Under the pieces are notes generated by a model. That model saw only the letters and a program-made list of their open reading frames with translations. It had not been told where the DNA came from and did no database searches. 64,000 bases of DNA from Octopus vulgaris (lineage: Eukaryota), in the NCBI GenBank assembly GCA_951406725.2, contig OX597824.1:44888001-44952000 (forward strand), in the 5' to 3' direction. Below are positions 24,489-37,239 of this stretch, in pieces (position 1 is the first letter of the stretch; each line of letters opens with the position of its first letter). The position numbers and the translations under genes were made by a program.

Positions 24489-25045
24489 CACTACCGTCAG
24501 AAATTAATTAGCACCCTTGATTTGCTCACCATGAAGCATGGTGGGGGTGGTCTGATGGTGTGAGGGGCGTTCAGCTACAGTGGTGTTGGGCGGCTCTATG
24601 CCGTCAAAGGCAACATCAACGCAGCAAAGTACGTTGAGATAGTACGGGATACCTCTTTGGTGGCGAGGAGTACGTGCTGGCCAGTCACCTGACCTGAACC
24701 CTATTGAGAACCTCTGGAGTCGATTGAGTAGGGATTTGAATGTGCAGCAATACAGGAACCGACATGAGCTGTTTGGGGCACTTCTTGCTGCATGAGGGGC
24801 CATCCCTGCACAGTACCTGCAGGCACTCATAGACAGCATGCCGACCCGCGTAACAGCTGTCATTGCTGCCAAAGGAGGAGCAACAAGATATTGACTAAAT
24901 TTCACGATTAATAACAATTATGTGGTGTGCTGGGATATGTTTTAATAAATTTTTGATTAAAAACGAGTTCGTTTCTGATAATAAGTTAATTAAATTAAGA
25001 AAATGTAGAAATTTGAGAAGTGCTAATTAATTTCCGACGCAAGTG
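24489..25045 (+). mobile_element. Tc1-type transposon, internally deleted
   Basis: TA|CACTACCGTCAGAAATTAATTAGCAC ... GTGCTAATTAATTTCCGACGCAAGTG|TA. Remnants KHGGGGLMV.GAFS, SPDLNPIENLW, SMPTRVTAVIAAKGGATRY. Confidence 0.9.
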
Positions 25046-26708
25046 TATGTAAACCTAAGAATTACAGACATACACACATTTATGGTAGAAATATTTAGAG
25101 AATCAGAGAGCAATGACTTCAGGAGTTTCTTAACTGAAATAAAAATAAAACAGCTGTCCTTTCCATCTCTACAGATTTCTTTCTTTCCATCGTAATGTTT
25201 TTAAAGTAAGGAAAAGTGATTTCTCAATGCTCTGATCCTATTTTGAGGTGTAAATAGTTGAAGAGAAGAAAAGCTAGATTTTAATTTTATGTGCCATGAG
25301 TGCATTTGAAGCTAGATCAAACCTCACATAACAGTGAATCTTTCTTTGAACATTTTTCACTTCTGGCAGGAAAATAGATGTCAAATAAAGTATTCAACAT
25401 CTTAACACAGCTATCAAATAATAGTAGTTACTGTTATGCATCTAGGACACAAGTGTTACAGAATGTATGGTCGATGAACTGAAATTTTGACATAGATGGT
25501 ATATGTCACACTTTTATTTGAGGACAGCAATGTTTGAAGCCACAGAATTGTGTGTCAGCCCTAATTTTGAACTGGAACCAGTTTCAAGAAAATTTTATAA
25601 TTGAAAGTTATTGCAACAAAATAGGAAGAAAAAAGTTCAGGGGAGGTAATTAAGTATTTTCTTATAACATGAATTATCTATTACGACCCTTGGACTAATA
25701 TTATTTTGAGAAGCAATAAATTTGGAACCATTCTCCTTTGTAGTTTTTTTAAAGCTTGTTTTACCAGATGACTAACAAAATTTGATCTGAAATTTAGATT
25801 TATTGTGGCAGAATCATATTAGTCATACATATTATTAAAGTTCAAATCTTGTTTGGATTGACTTAACCTTTGATCTCTCTGGGGTTGATCAAGCAAATAC
25901 AAGACAAGTATCAGAGTTAATTAACTTTATCCCACCATTTTCTAAAACTTTAATCCCTTTATCATATTTGTTGAAATACATACTGCCTTTGTTTTAATTT
26001 TGAAAAATGAAGAGTTTAATGAAATGGCTTTGTCATTATTTAGCTGATGTTTGGAACATAAGTTCACATGAAATTTTGAAGGAAGGTTATAATTTAGATC
26101 ACTTTAAACAAGAAGTTTGTATCATAGAAATACAGGCAGGATCAACACAAAATTGATTTTCATACAAATGTAAGGTCAATTATTTTTGCAGTTGATAAAA
26201 CAGATTCGCTCAGTATATCACTGATATTCAATGATACTAAAGTAATGAAAGTAATTTTTAGTGGGACTGAACTCAGAACACTTAAAAGATAAAACTAAAT
26301 ATTGTAATGCATTTTCTGTCTCAATCACACTTATTTCAAACAAACAACACTGAAAATAAATTTAATCCTATATTTAAAATTTTTTTTATTGTAATAATTT
26401 TAGATGTAGAAAAGTTTCAGATGATGTCAATAATTTAAAGATGAGATTTTGTTAATAACATTTTTACGTGAAGAACTATTTTCATTTGTTGTAATCACCA
26501 AATAGAACAAAGAAACCTCCCAGAAGGTTGTGTGTATTTGGTCTTGATTCTCAGTTGTATTTATATCATTATATTTATACCCTACAAATGATATGATCAG
26601 CACAAATCCCTCTCCCTTTTCACTTTTGGAGTTGAATCCTCAGCCTGCCAGAAGCCAATTAGTTCCTCCATAGCACTCATTCCTAATTTTAACCTCAGAC
26701 CAAATCCA

Positions 26709-26913
26709 TTCTACTATAAGTACAAGGCCTGAAATTTTGGGGGAGAGGACTAGTTGATTACAGTGATCCCAGTGTTTCACTGGTACTTATTTTACTGACC
26801 CCAAAAGGATGAAAGGCAAAATTGACCTCGGAATTTGAACTGAGAACGAAGTGACAGGCGAAATACCGCTAAGCATTTCATCCAGCGTGCTAACGATTCT
26901 GGCAGCTCACCGC
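26709..26913 (-). mobile_element. tRNA-derived SINE
   Basis: The minus strand begins GCGGTGAGCTGCCAGAATCGTTAGCACG (A-box-like) and contains GTTCAAATTCC (B-box-like). Degenerate relatives lie near 6570-6680 and 27800-27950. Confidence 0.7.
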
Positions 26914-29639
26914 TGTAAACCTGATAAAATGGTCCATAGGACAGTGGCCTTGAAGATGAAATCGTTGATCAAGTGCAAAGTTTTAACTTCCTTGAGAAAG
27001 CATGTAACTTCAATCCATAAATATGGAAACAGCAGTACATCATGAAATACAGTCTTGTGAGTTGAACTTTAGTTTTTTTCTCATTCCTCTGACTAAAATA
27101 TGAATATTGTATACAAAACAACAATTGGGAAGAATTTACTTGTACCTCAAAGCACCACCAAATTTGACAATCAGTTCAGTCAAACCAGGAAAATCATTTA
27201 CAAAATAAAGGTTGCACCATAAAGTTCTCGATTATGAAATATGTCAAAGATGGCCCAATGAAAATTTTGTTTTGCATTTAAAATAGCAGAGGGAAAAAAA
27301 CTTAAGTTACAGAATTTTTAGATTATAAAAAAAATTCATCTTCATTGCACTTCTAAACTACTGACATACATATGGCTTAAAAAGAAAAAGGGAGAGAGGG
27401 AGATTTTGATTCAACAAGAGAATTGTTTGAAATTAAGACCTTTTCTTTATCAATTATTTTCCATGTCAAATAAAGAGCTTGCAATGATCATGAGCATATC
27501 GCTTCCTCAGAACCAAGTCATTAAAAATAACAGTAATAATAAATACATGGAAATAGCAGCAAAATCAGCTTCAGATTATACCCTTTTGTCTCAAAACAAA
27601 AGGAGTTGGAACACATTAAATAAAGCAGTTTTTTTTAATGACTTGGTCTGGAGAAAGTATGGAAGGTGGACATGAAATGGTGATGTTTTCATATTTTAAA
27701 GGACAGGAGTGAAATGGTTACAATTGCGAATAAAATCCAGCACCCTGCAAACTAGAATCTTACCCCTATTATTACTATTATAAATATTAAAGCCACAGCA
27801 TAATAAAAACCTAACAATGTTGGATTAAATGCCTTACAGTGTTAATTACATCCCTTTACATTGCAAGTTCAAATCTTACTGGAATTGACCTTGTCTTTCA
27901 TCCTTCCAAGGAAAAAAAAACAAATAAAGTTAATTCTAACATTTGATTAAACCAAGTACATGCTTCCTGTAAAATGTTTAACCTTGAGTTTAAGTTAAGA
28001 GCTGATTACATTTATTATTCCACTTGTTGCAACATATTTGAGTGTTATGCTTTTAACAAGTATAGAATAAAGTTAAAAACAGAATTGAAATCTTTAACAT
28101 TATAAACCATGGACTTTTCATAGGTCTTACAAGCTATTATTGTTGGAAGAATAATTTATCACAGATAGTTTAGACAGCTTATAGAATCAACTTTGATTCT
28201 TCAAGCTTCTGCAGTCAATCCATGGCAAAATGATTTTCCTTTCCAATCTATAAAGACCATAACAATACCTGTAATATACTGATGCTGATTCCACCCACTA
28301 GTTTTCTCTTGTAAAAATCTGACTTAGGCCTAATCAAAATGAATCAACATCATACTGATTATAAAGAAGACTGTGACATTTGCCTCATCAGGAAGTTGTT
28401 AGCTCCCTGCACTCCTACCCAGCAATTTATATTCTCAAGTGAAACTATTTTATTTTGAAGAGATTAACAGGAGTATTTCTTATTTTTTCTGTCATCCACA
28501 CAAATGAAAGAGATTTTAAATATATTTCCAAAATGCTGGTATGTCAAATTTATGAAATCCTTAAGACAAAACTGAAGATATGAAAAAGATTGGGTTTATG
28601 TTTATTAATACTTCATACAAGACTTAGAGGTAGGAATGAAGACTGAAACAAGTCTCATGTTTTGTATATAAAATGCAGCAGTTACAAAGTCACTGTTAGT
28701 GTATGCTGATGATGTAAGGGTTGAATGTTTGCCATAAAAACAGTGATGAGAGTTCAGTTACTTCAGCTTTTACATATACTAATTTGAAAACAGAAGCATC
28801 ATAGACTAAGTTTGTACTACTAAATTATTTCCAAATGTATAGCTGTATATATGGAAAGAGATGGATGAGGATATGCACAAGGACAAAATTTATATATTAA
28901 CAAGACAATAGTTCAGAAGCAATGAACCAAATTAGATGGTACTTCAATGGTTAAGGCCATTTAAATCCTACATAAGGTATATTTTGCTTTTCATTTATGC
29001 ATAATCAATAAAACAAATGGCTTAGGTGATAGGGCACTGGACAACAAAGAAAGCAGTAATTCTTATCCTGTGACCAGCACTGAAATAACCAAGACAGCTT
29101 TCAATGTCTGAGTCCGTCTACCTCTAGGGTGATACAGAGGATTGGGCAGCTGAAGCAAGACTTTATCTTGAGAGGTTTCAAAGCCTGTAACTACGATAAA
29201 TTAAAAGATTAAAGCATGAAACTTTGTATGTTTGTCATAACATAAGACAAGATGTTATTAAATCCATCATTAACAGTTATAACTGATTGGAAATGGATGC
29301 AGAAGTCTCTTTGTCTGATCCACATTTAAAAACCTGAATGCCTTGTAAAAGCAGACTTCAACATAAAGAGGTGTTATATTGGACTTGTCCTTAAAACATT
29401 AACTGCCATCCACTGATAGTCCATTGCAAGCTTCACACAACTGCCATATGCATCACTGGTGGTACATCTTCATAATTTGAGAAGATATTTTCTGTATATT
29501 GACATTGTTTCAAGGGTATTTAAATAACATGCATGCTAAATATTAAAGTTTAATTATGAAATATTGTAAAAATGCCAAAAAATACATTTTCTTGTAAATA
29601 AACAATATGCAGTGTGACTGCATGAAATACATGGCATTG

Positions 29640-30065
29640 CCAGTAAGTTCCAGTAACAGGCAGTGGCAGTTTAATGTGTTAATGATATCTCTTCCTCATC
29701 AGATCCAAAAGACATGGATTCAGATTTGATGAGTTAGAAGGTTCGATTTCTTTAGGAATAAACAGTGGAAGTTTCATCTTGAAATAATTTTGAACTCAGT
29801 GCTGGTGTTAATCTCATTTGAATCATAATGTTTAATAATCCATGGCATCAGAAATTTATCAAGGATGTTTCAATACCCAGCTGTGTTGTTAAGACCTACT
29901 TTGCTGACATGAGGTTGAACTACATGTCTGTCTTTTGCAAGAGCTTCAAACACCATAATCACGGTTGGATTCTTACTTTGCATGACAGCAGGAACATTGG
30001 AAAGCTTGAATGCAATAACCATGCAGTTGTGACAATTGATGATGTGGTCAACAATAAAAGTCTGT
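29640..30065 (-). mobile_element. Old mariner (maT-like) transposase fragment
   Basis: KQTFIVD...N.HN...VPAVMQSKNPTVIMVF..GL..T.GY..L....PWI and PSNSSNLNPC. Confidence 0.55.
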
Positions 30066-31225
30066 TTCTCTATGTCCCCCTCCTTCCATAACCACCATCG
30101 CCATATATAAACGAGCGAACGCATAATCGGTAACTCCACTCGCTTCCAAATCCCTAACGAAGAAATACGCACAGCTCATGAACGGTTAAAGTTAAGAAAT
30201 TCTTCTTTCAACCTCGCTTTCCTCTTCCTTCTATCTTTGCACGTATCATCATTATTCTTTCATTATTCTTCGATTACCCTCTCATTATATTGTTCTTTCA
30301 GTACTCTCTCATTATATTATTCTTTCAGTACTCTCTCACTATATTATTCTTTCAGTATTCTCTCATTACTCTGTCTAGCTCAAATATGTTTTTCATTTAG
30401 TCTTGTCTCCCTGTTGCTCCCAGTTCATAGCTACCTATCTTTCCCCTAAAAATTTCACTTTCTCAGATTTTTCAAACCTACTTTCTTGCTCACACGATTA
30501 ACGGAACCTCTTCCTAGTTTATGGACTAGTTAGATTGCCTGACGAACTCAGATTTTACCTTTTTTGCCCCAAGTCTATATTAGTTATCAAATAATAAATA
30601 TTATCGACACTGCCGTCCCCTTTCAACTATGCTAGCCAAAGTTCCTCACACCGCTTCCTCCCACATGTTCCTTGACCACCTCTCTCCCCCCTCTCTAACT
30701 AACCCTATCTCTCTCCCTATGTCCCCCTCTTTCCATAACCACCATCGCCATATATAAACGAGCGAACGCATAATCGGTAACCCCACTTGCTTCCAAATCC
30801 CTAACGAAGAAATACGCACAGCTCATGAACGGTTAAAGTTAAGAAATTCTTCTTTCAACCTCGCTTTCCTCTACCTTCTATCTTTGCACGTATCATCATT
30901 CTTTCATTATTCTTCGATTATTCTCTCATTATATTGTTCTTTCAGTACTCTCTCATTATATATTCTTTCAGTACTCTCTCACTATATTATTCTTTCAGTA
31001 TTCTATCATTACTCTGTCTAGCTCAGTAACATGCCATTCATGTAAATTATTCTTTCAGTATTCTCTCATTACTCTGTCTAGCTCAAATATGTTTTTCGTT
31101 TAGTCTTGTCTCCCTGTTGCTCCCGGTTCATAGCCACTCATCTTTCCCCTAAAAATCTCACTTTCTCAGATTTTTCAAACCTACTTTCTTGCTCACACGA
31201 TGAACAGAACCTCTTCCTAGTTTAT
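30066..31225. repeat. Tandem duplication (about 650-bp period) with internal 27-bp pyrimidine-rich repeats
   Basis: CTATGTCCCCCT..TTCCATAACCACCATCGCC at about 30070 and 30717. Internal (TATTCTTTCAGTACTCTCTCATTATAT) units. Confidence 0.85.
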
Positions 31226-31404
31226 GGTGCACCCGCCCTCCCACCCCCTTCACACATGCCGGAAATTCCTATTCTTTGCCATCCCGGGGTTGCTTCCCAT
31301 GAAGACTGCAAATGCTCTTTCACCATCCCTACCCCTAGTCTCGACCTATGTAAGGTAATGTCCATACAGTGCAAAATATGAAAGGCTAGTGTTATGCAGG
31401 TTGA

Positions 31405-33258
31405 ACTGAAGGAGAAATACCTAGCCAAAGATAAGCCCCTGTACCTGGCTTTTGTTGACATGGAGAAAGCCTTCGACAGGGTCCTCCGATCCCTTATCTG
31501 GTGGTCAATGAGGAAACTAGGGATAGATGAATGGTTAGAGAGAGCTGTGCGAGCCATGTACAGGGACGCTGCTAGTAAGGTGAGGGTTGGCAACGAGTAC
31601 AGTGAAGAATTCCGGGTAGAGGTAGGGGTTCACCAAGGCTCAGTCCTCAGCCCCCTCCTATTTATCATAGTCCTCCAGGCAATAACGGAGGAATTCAAGA
31701 CAGGATGTCCTTGGGAGCTCCTCTATGCCGATGACCTTACTCTAATTGCTGAGTCACTATCAGAACTGGAGGAGAAGTTTCAGGTGTAGAAGCAAGGATT
31801 AGAATCGAAGGGCCTTAGAGGCAATCTAGCTAAAACCAAAGTCCTAATAAGTAGGAAGGTAGACAAATCACAAACGCCTTCAGGTAGATGGCCCTGCTCG
31901 ATCTGTAGAAAAGGTGTAGGTAGAAACTCTATAAGATGCACCAAGTGTAAGCTATGGACACATAAGAGGTGCAGCAATGTCAAAGGAAGGCTAACTAGGA
32001 AGATAGTTTTTGTATATGGCAGATGCTCAGGAGCAATAAACACTGAAAATGCTCTGAGACCAACTTCTGTCACTTTCCAGGGAGAAAAACTAGAAATAGT
32101 TGATAGCTTCCGTTACCTAGGTGACCAAGCCAGCAGCGGGGGCGGGTGTGCTGAAAGTGTAACTGCTAGAGTAAGAATAGCTTGGGCAAAGTTCAGAGAG
32201 CTCTTACCTCTGCTGGTGACAAAAGGCCTCTCGCTCAGAGTAAAAGGCAGACTGTATGACACGTGTGTACGAACAGCTATGCTACATGGCAGTGAAACAT
32301 GGGCTGTGACTGCTGAGGATATGCATAAGCTCGCAAGAAATGAAGCCAGTATGCTCCGATGGATGTGTAATGTCAAAGTACCTTGAGAGAAAAGCTAGAC
32401 CTAAGAAGCATCAGATGTGGTGTGCAAGAGAGACGTTTGCGCTGGTGTGGACACGTGGCGAGAATGGATGAAGATAGTTGTGTGAAAAAGTGCCACACCC
32501 TAGCGGTTGAGGGAACCTGTGGAAGAGGCAGACCCAGGAAAACCTGGGACGAGGTGGTGAAGCACGACCTTCGAACTTTAGGTCTCACTGAGGAAATGAC
32601 TAGAGACTGAGACCTCTGGAAGTATGCTGTGCGTGAGAAGACCCGGCAGGACAAGTGAGACCATAACCCGTGGCCTTCTACACGGGATGTAGCCAGTCCA
32701 CTTATGCATACCTTCCCTTCTTGGGACACAAAACTCCACTTGTGAAGACCTGTTGAGGCAAGTGAGAATCAGAATCAAAATCGATCAATGGAAATTGCAG
32801 CTGAGTTACCAGTGCCGGTGGCACGTAAGAGAACCATCCGAACGTGGCCGTTGCCAACGCCACCCCGACTGGCCTCATGCCGGTGGCATGTAAAAAGCAC
32901 CGTCCGTTCGTGGCCGTTGCCAGCACCTCCCTGACTGGCCTCGTGCTGGTGGCACGTAAAAAGCACCATCCGTTCGTGGCCGTTGCCAGCCTCGCCTGGC
33001 CCCCGTGCCAGTGGCACATAAAAAGCACCATCCGATCGTGGCCGTTTGCCAGACTCGTCTGGCACCTGTGCCGGTGGCACATAAAAAGCACCCACTACAC
33101 TCATGGAGTGGTTGGCGTTAGGAAGGGCATCCAGCCGTAGAAACATTGCCAGATCAAGCTGGGCCTGGTGCAGCCTTCTGGCTTCCCAGACCCCAGTTGA
33201 ACCGTCCAACCCATGCTAGCATGGAAAGCAGACGCTAAATGATGATGATGATGATGAT
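31405..33258 (+). mobile_element. Second RTE copy, 5'-truncated and disrupted
   Basis: Same family as 8135-11494 in the opposite orientation. Stop at 31787, deletion near 32375, about five minisatellite units at 32810-33090, (GAT)n tail at 33240-33258. Confidence 0.92.
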
Positions 33259-35062
33259 TCTAACTTTCCCATCATTTACATTAGATAGCTGAGAAATTTT
33301 GGGGTCATCTAAGCCTTACTAGCTTTAGATTAGGCTGTGAGAATACTTTATCATCTACAAATATATGACTTTATACCTAAGTAATTATTAACAATCCTAG
33401 CTATTGTCTTCCTACTCACACCATGATTTTTAGCAAGCTTGGTTAAGCTGGTGATGGCTTTACTTTAAATCAACCAAAAGGAATGGTGTTGGTATATTTG
33501 TGATTGCAACAGGTATCATCAAATGAATGCAGAACATCTCATGTAGTCTTAGCTAAGCTAGAGTATGTTAAACTGTTACTTTTACAGAATCTGTTATTGG
33601 TAATAATGAATGTGAGCTACAACAGGTGCAGCTCATTTCACCAAAAGTATTTTGTTGCAGTGATTCTACAATTCTAGCACAATCATCACAATCTGTCATG
33701 TAAAGCATTAAATTAATATCTTAGACTTGATATATACTAAGGTACTTATTCAGATATAACATTTTGAAAACTGTCTCAATTTAGCTACCCAAATTCTATA
33801 AGTAGCATCAGTATAATCAAATTAATGAGTGTTCCATTGGCTATGCAGTGTTGAGCTAAAATATTTCCATGAATAGAGCTATTTGTCATAGCTCAGAATT
33901 TTATCTAATAGTGTTATTTATATTTCTCATCTGCTTCATATTCTAGCAATTTGATTTAAACGCTAGCCCATTTGAACTGAGGGATCCAGAAAATATTTGC
34001 TTTAGTAGCATTATGTCACATATTACTGGTTCTTTTTCTATTAACTCCAGCCTCCCAGTAAACTGAATCATTTTATAGTTTGATGTTATAAATTTAACGC
34101 TCTACCAATTCAGTCAACTAGTTTGAAGATAAATGACAAAACAAAGGGATTTAGTGTTACATTTGAAAGCATTTACAATACTATATATCAGACAATATTA
34201 TTCCATTAAATATCTTATCTTGTGATTTGTGGGGTTCTGAACTTTGCAAAGATGAACAATTGTCACACATACCATAACAATGCACTTCAAAATTTGATAA
34301 AATGAAAATAAATTAATAAAATGTAAAATTGAGTGGCACTGATCGAAATATGACTGAGGTAGTGGTGCTATCATTGCATTGTAAAAAAAAAAAAAAAAAA
34401 AAGGTAAAACGTTCTCATTTTACCAACTGTTATGAAGAGGAAGGTATGGTAGCAAACAAACCACAGTAACAATATCAAACAATCCAACTCACTGAATTTA
34501 AAGTTGTGATTATAATAATGTAAACTAATACGCTGTTTAGAAACTTTCTGGTAAGTTAATATCTTGCTACAATTGAATAAGCTGTTTCTTCTGCATGTAT
34601 GGCAGGGTCATAAAATAGTTACCATAGTTACTTGTAATTTACTAGGAACAAGGGACAATAAAACTGCATACCTGACATCTTGAATTTGTCCCATACTAAC
34701 TTAATTAATCAGTTGGTTCTTTTATTGCCATGAATCTTCTCTATCACACATAGCTGTAGCTAACTAACAGCAACAACAACAATGACAATACTGGCAAGTA
34801 TAACAACATAAGTCCATATTGTAATGTGAAATGAAATGAAGTTCAGGGCGGATGTTGATTGATGTTAGTTGATCAATGGTCATTGGTTTGCAATGAAATG
34901 GAAAAAAAAATGTAATGAGTTTTCATTATATATGGCAGATTATGTGATATGTAAAGCAGAAGTAGAACAAAAAGTAAAGGATATGAAAGGCAAGTTGACA
35001 ATCTTTGTGTGCAGGAGAAAATTTGAATGGACTATTCTCCCTGAATTCACTAGATGAAGATT

Positions 35063-35285
35063 TTATGCTACAGAAACATTTCTAATCACTAGGTTTGAGC
35101 CTTCAATTTCCACAACTTCATATACCCACTTCCGATTACATCGACACTCAGTGCCACACTTTTCAGAACCACATTTGTTACATGGAAAATGGCATCCTGG
35201 ACAGTCCTCATCCAAACAATCACAAACATCTTTGCTGTTGTCAAGAAGTCGACCAGTTTCGTCATACATTTGGTTGGTTTTCATG
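35063..35285 (-). CDS. ARL14EP: ARL14EP-like gene, terminal exon (ARF7EP_C cysteine-rich domain)
   Basis: Acceptor atatcag|C. MYDETGRLLDNSKDVCDCLDEDCPGCHFPCNKCGSEKCGTECRCNRKWVYEVVEIEG matches the ARL14EP C-terminal CDCLDEDC-GC-CxxCGS-KCG-ECRC-RKW-YE signature. Candidate AATAAA on the minus strand at 34721-34726. Confidence 0.92.
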
Positions 35286-35499
35286 CTGATATTAAAAATG
35301 AAGAAATAAAGAAAATATTATTTCAAATCATATTTGAATAGCTTTCAAGAAATATATTTTTACAGAAATATACTTTGGTAATTGAAACTTGAAATAAATA
35401 AAATTACAATATATTCAAACATATTTGTTGTATTGCACTCTCTCTTTATATATATATGTATATAAATATACGTGTGTGCATTTAGTATATGCATAAATA

Positions 35500-36991
35500 C
35501 AGGGTGCAATGGGTAAATTGTCGCCATTTTATATTTTTAATTCCGTGCACTGCTTGTTTTTGATTTTGTCAACTACACAGTATGGTAGGGCCAGTTGGGC
35601 ACAGTCTGTGAGAAAAACAACACCATGATGCAATTCACTCTGCCAGGAATTTGGAAACGACATGCTGTACTGCTTGGCATTCACGCTGGAAGTTCCAGTA
35701 CGAACAGATGTACCAAGAGTGATAAAAATCAAACATACAATCAACATCATGGGGGTTGAAGTGATCGCTAGTGATGGCGACATTATAATAAAATAATAAT
35801 AATAATAATAATGAAATTATTGTATACAGTGCTCAGGTGCACCACAACTTGTCAGAAAGTGCATATAAAGTACATGCAGTAATGTAGAAATGTCTGGAAA
35901 GCGAACAATGTATGAGTCAGATACATGCTTGTGTGTGTATGGAGGGGAGAAAATCAAGTGTAGTGTTGGCGAATCTCAGGAAGCATGGAAGTTTTGAAGG
36001 ATGCAGTGCTCCGACAACTAACAACTGATGCCGGCAGTTTGTTCCATGCTTTAGCAACTCTCAGTGTGAAAAAATGTTTCCTGAAGTCATGGGAGCTGTG
36101 CTGTTTTCTTACTTTGTAAATATGTCCACGGGTGTTAGATAGGTGGAGTTTGAAAAGGTGCTCAGAGTTATTGTTTGTACGATGGTTGATAATTTTATGG
36201 GTGTCTGCCAAGTCAGCTGCCAGATGTCGGAGTTTCAATGTGTCCATGCCCAGGGAAGTAAGGCATTCAGGATATGGCAAATGACTGATGGAGGGTATTC
36301 TTTTGGTTGCACATCGCTGAACAGCTTCCAGATGACTGATATCCTGGGCAAGATAGGGGTTGCAGACCGGTGATGCAAATTCCAGGTGAGGTCTTACCAT
36401 AGCTTTATAAAGCCGCAGATAGATAGCCCGAGAGCGGCTCACAAAGGATTTGGTGAGTGATGCCTTCATTCATCTTCCCACACAGCCTCAGACTCAATAT
36501 GGAGGCCTACATAAAGTGCCTGGAGGAGGTGGTGCTGCCCTGGGTCAAGAGGGTGGCTGCTGGAAGACCCTATGTCTGGCAACAGGACTCTGCACTATGC
36601 CATACAAACAGAAGAACCCAGTCATGGCTGTCAGATAATTTCTGCAATCACACCACCCTTAACATCTGGCCACCTAACTCCCTTGATTATTATGTGTGGG
36701 GCACAGTTGAGTGAGAAACCAAGAAAACTCCTTGTAACACCAAAGACGAACTGAAGGCAAGGATTATGGCAGTATTCACCAACTTAAACAAGGAGACTGT
36801 CCAAAACAGTTGCATAAGATTCCGAAATCGTCTGGAGGCTGTGGTTGAAGTCAATAGTGATTTTATTGAATAAATTTACTTTATAGTATTTCAAGATATT
36901 TTTATGTAATTTTGGTAAATATATGTTAAAATGAGATGTCAGTGTTATTTTCATTTTAGCGTAATTTAGACAATATATTCACTGTACCCTG
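35500..36991 (+). mobile_element. DD37D mariner with TIRs and TA duplication, interrupted by CR1
   Basis: TA|CAGGGTGCAATGGGTAAATTGTC ... GACAATATATTCACTGTACCCTG|TA, with the same transposase remnant as 13320-14082. Confidence 0.88.
35785..36452 (-). mobile_element. CR1-type LINE 3' fragment
   Basis: LYKAMVRPHLEFASPV.NP..LEAVQR.ATK..NTRGH.YK...RKHFFT.RV..AWNKLP, with an (ATT)n tail at 35785-35812. Absent from the 13 kb copy of the mariner. Confidence 0.85.
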
Positions 36992-37239
36992 TATGTGTGT
37001 GTGTATAGGCAAAAATTATTGTTTCAAGAGTACACAGTAGACAAGGTGTATAACTGAAAGGTTATACGTAATATCCTATTACTCTGTATCATATTGTTTG
37101 TAACCTAATCTTGGGTTTCTTTAACCGAAATTTAGTGTATATTTGATTTCAGAAGGTAAAAATATCAGATAAACTATTTATCAATTATCTATTTATATCT
37201 CAAATGTTTAAAAAAACAACGTACCTATTATATAGAATA